The notes under the pieces: model-generated
Told to the model about the DNA's origin: nothing
The model's database searches: none
Seen by the model: only the letters and a program-made list of their open reading frames with translations
NCBI GenBank assembly: GCA_964658305.1
Contig: OZ210885.1
Location: 2,418,001 to 2,482,000, forward strand
From: Leptogorgia sarmentosa
Taxonomy: Eukaryota
Length of the DNA: 64,000 nt
Reading direction: 5' to 3'
Program-made: the position numbers and the translations under genes
Part shown: positions 63,815 through 64,000 of the stretch, piece after piece
How positions within the stretch are numbered: the first letter of the stretch is position 1
Layout of the letters: every line of letters begins with the position of its first letter

Positions 63815-64000
63815 GTAATAAAAATACTTTTTGTTCAGAATAGTAATAATAATATAGATTGGGTTCTTAATGTGGCAGGTTACTATACCTCTTCAAGCAA
63901 AACTGTTCACGAACCGCATCACATACAATCCAAATGAAATACAACAAGCACATGCAGTGTTATTGCATTGAAACTGCGCTGTGCAATAACGTATAATATC

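Overview
AT-rich eukaryotic genomic DNA with spliceosomal GT-AG introns, from an invertebrate animal (gene and repeat content suggests a cnidarian; inference only). Layout: an MFSD6-like transporter gene (minus, 674-3194), then a tandem segmental duplication (unit A ~4041-25130, unit B ~25146-54536). Each unit holds an intronless class-A GPCR, a ~1.5-kb tandem repeat array, a SAM-less SAMHD1-like HD dNTPase gene and an AdipoR/PAQR gene; AdipoR is complete only in unit B. The window ends in the 5' part of a multi-Ig-domain gene. Unit B carries an 8.2-kb Polinton/Maverick (32973-41176; AGTAGT termini, TIRs, 6-bp TSD TTGGAC). Its protein-primed PolB gene is fused to four C2H2 fingers, has a Vsr-like insert, and is split by 8 short canonical introns; capsid and protease remnants survive. 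The two SAMHD1-like paralogs diverge strongly at the C-terminus (a hydrophobic tail-anchor-like end versus an 11x KKEDIEG(E/G) repeat). The repeat upstream of them carries a compact IRF/STAT/IRF/CRE motif cluster. All exon coordinates were read by hand and no database search was run.
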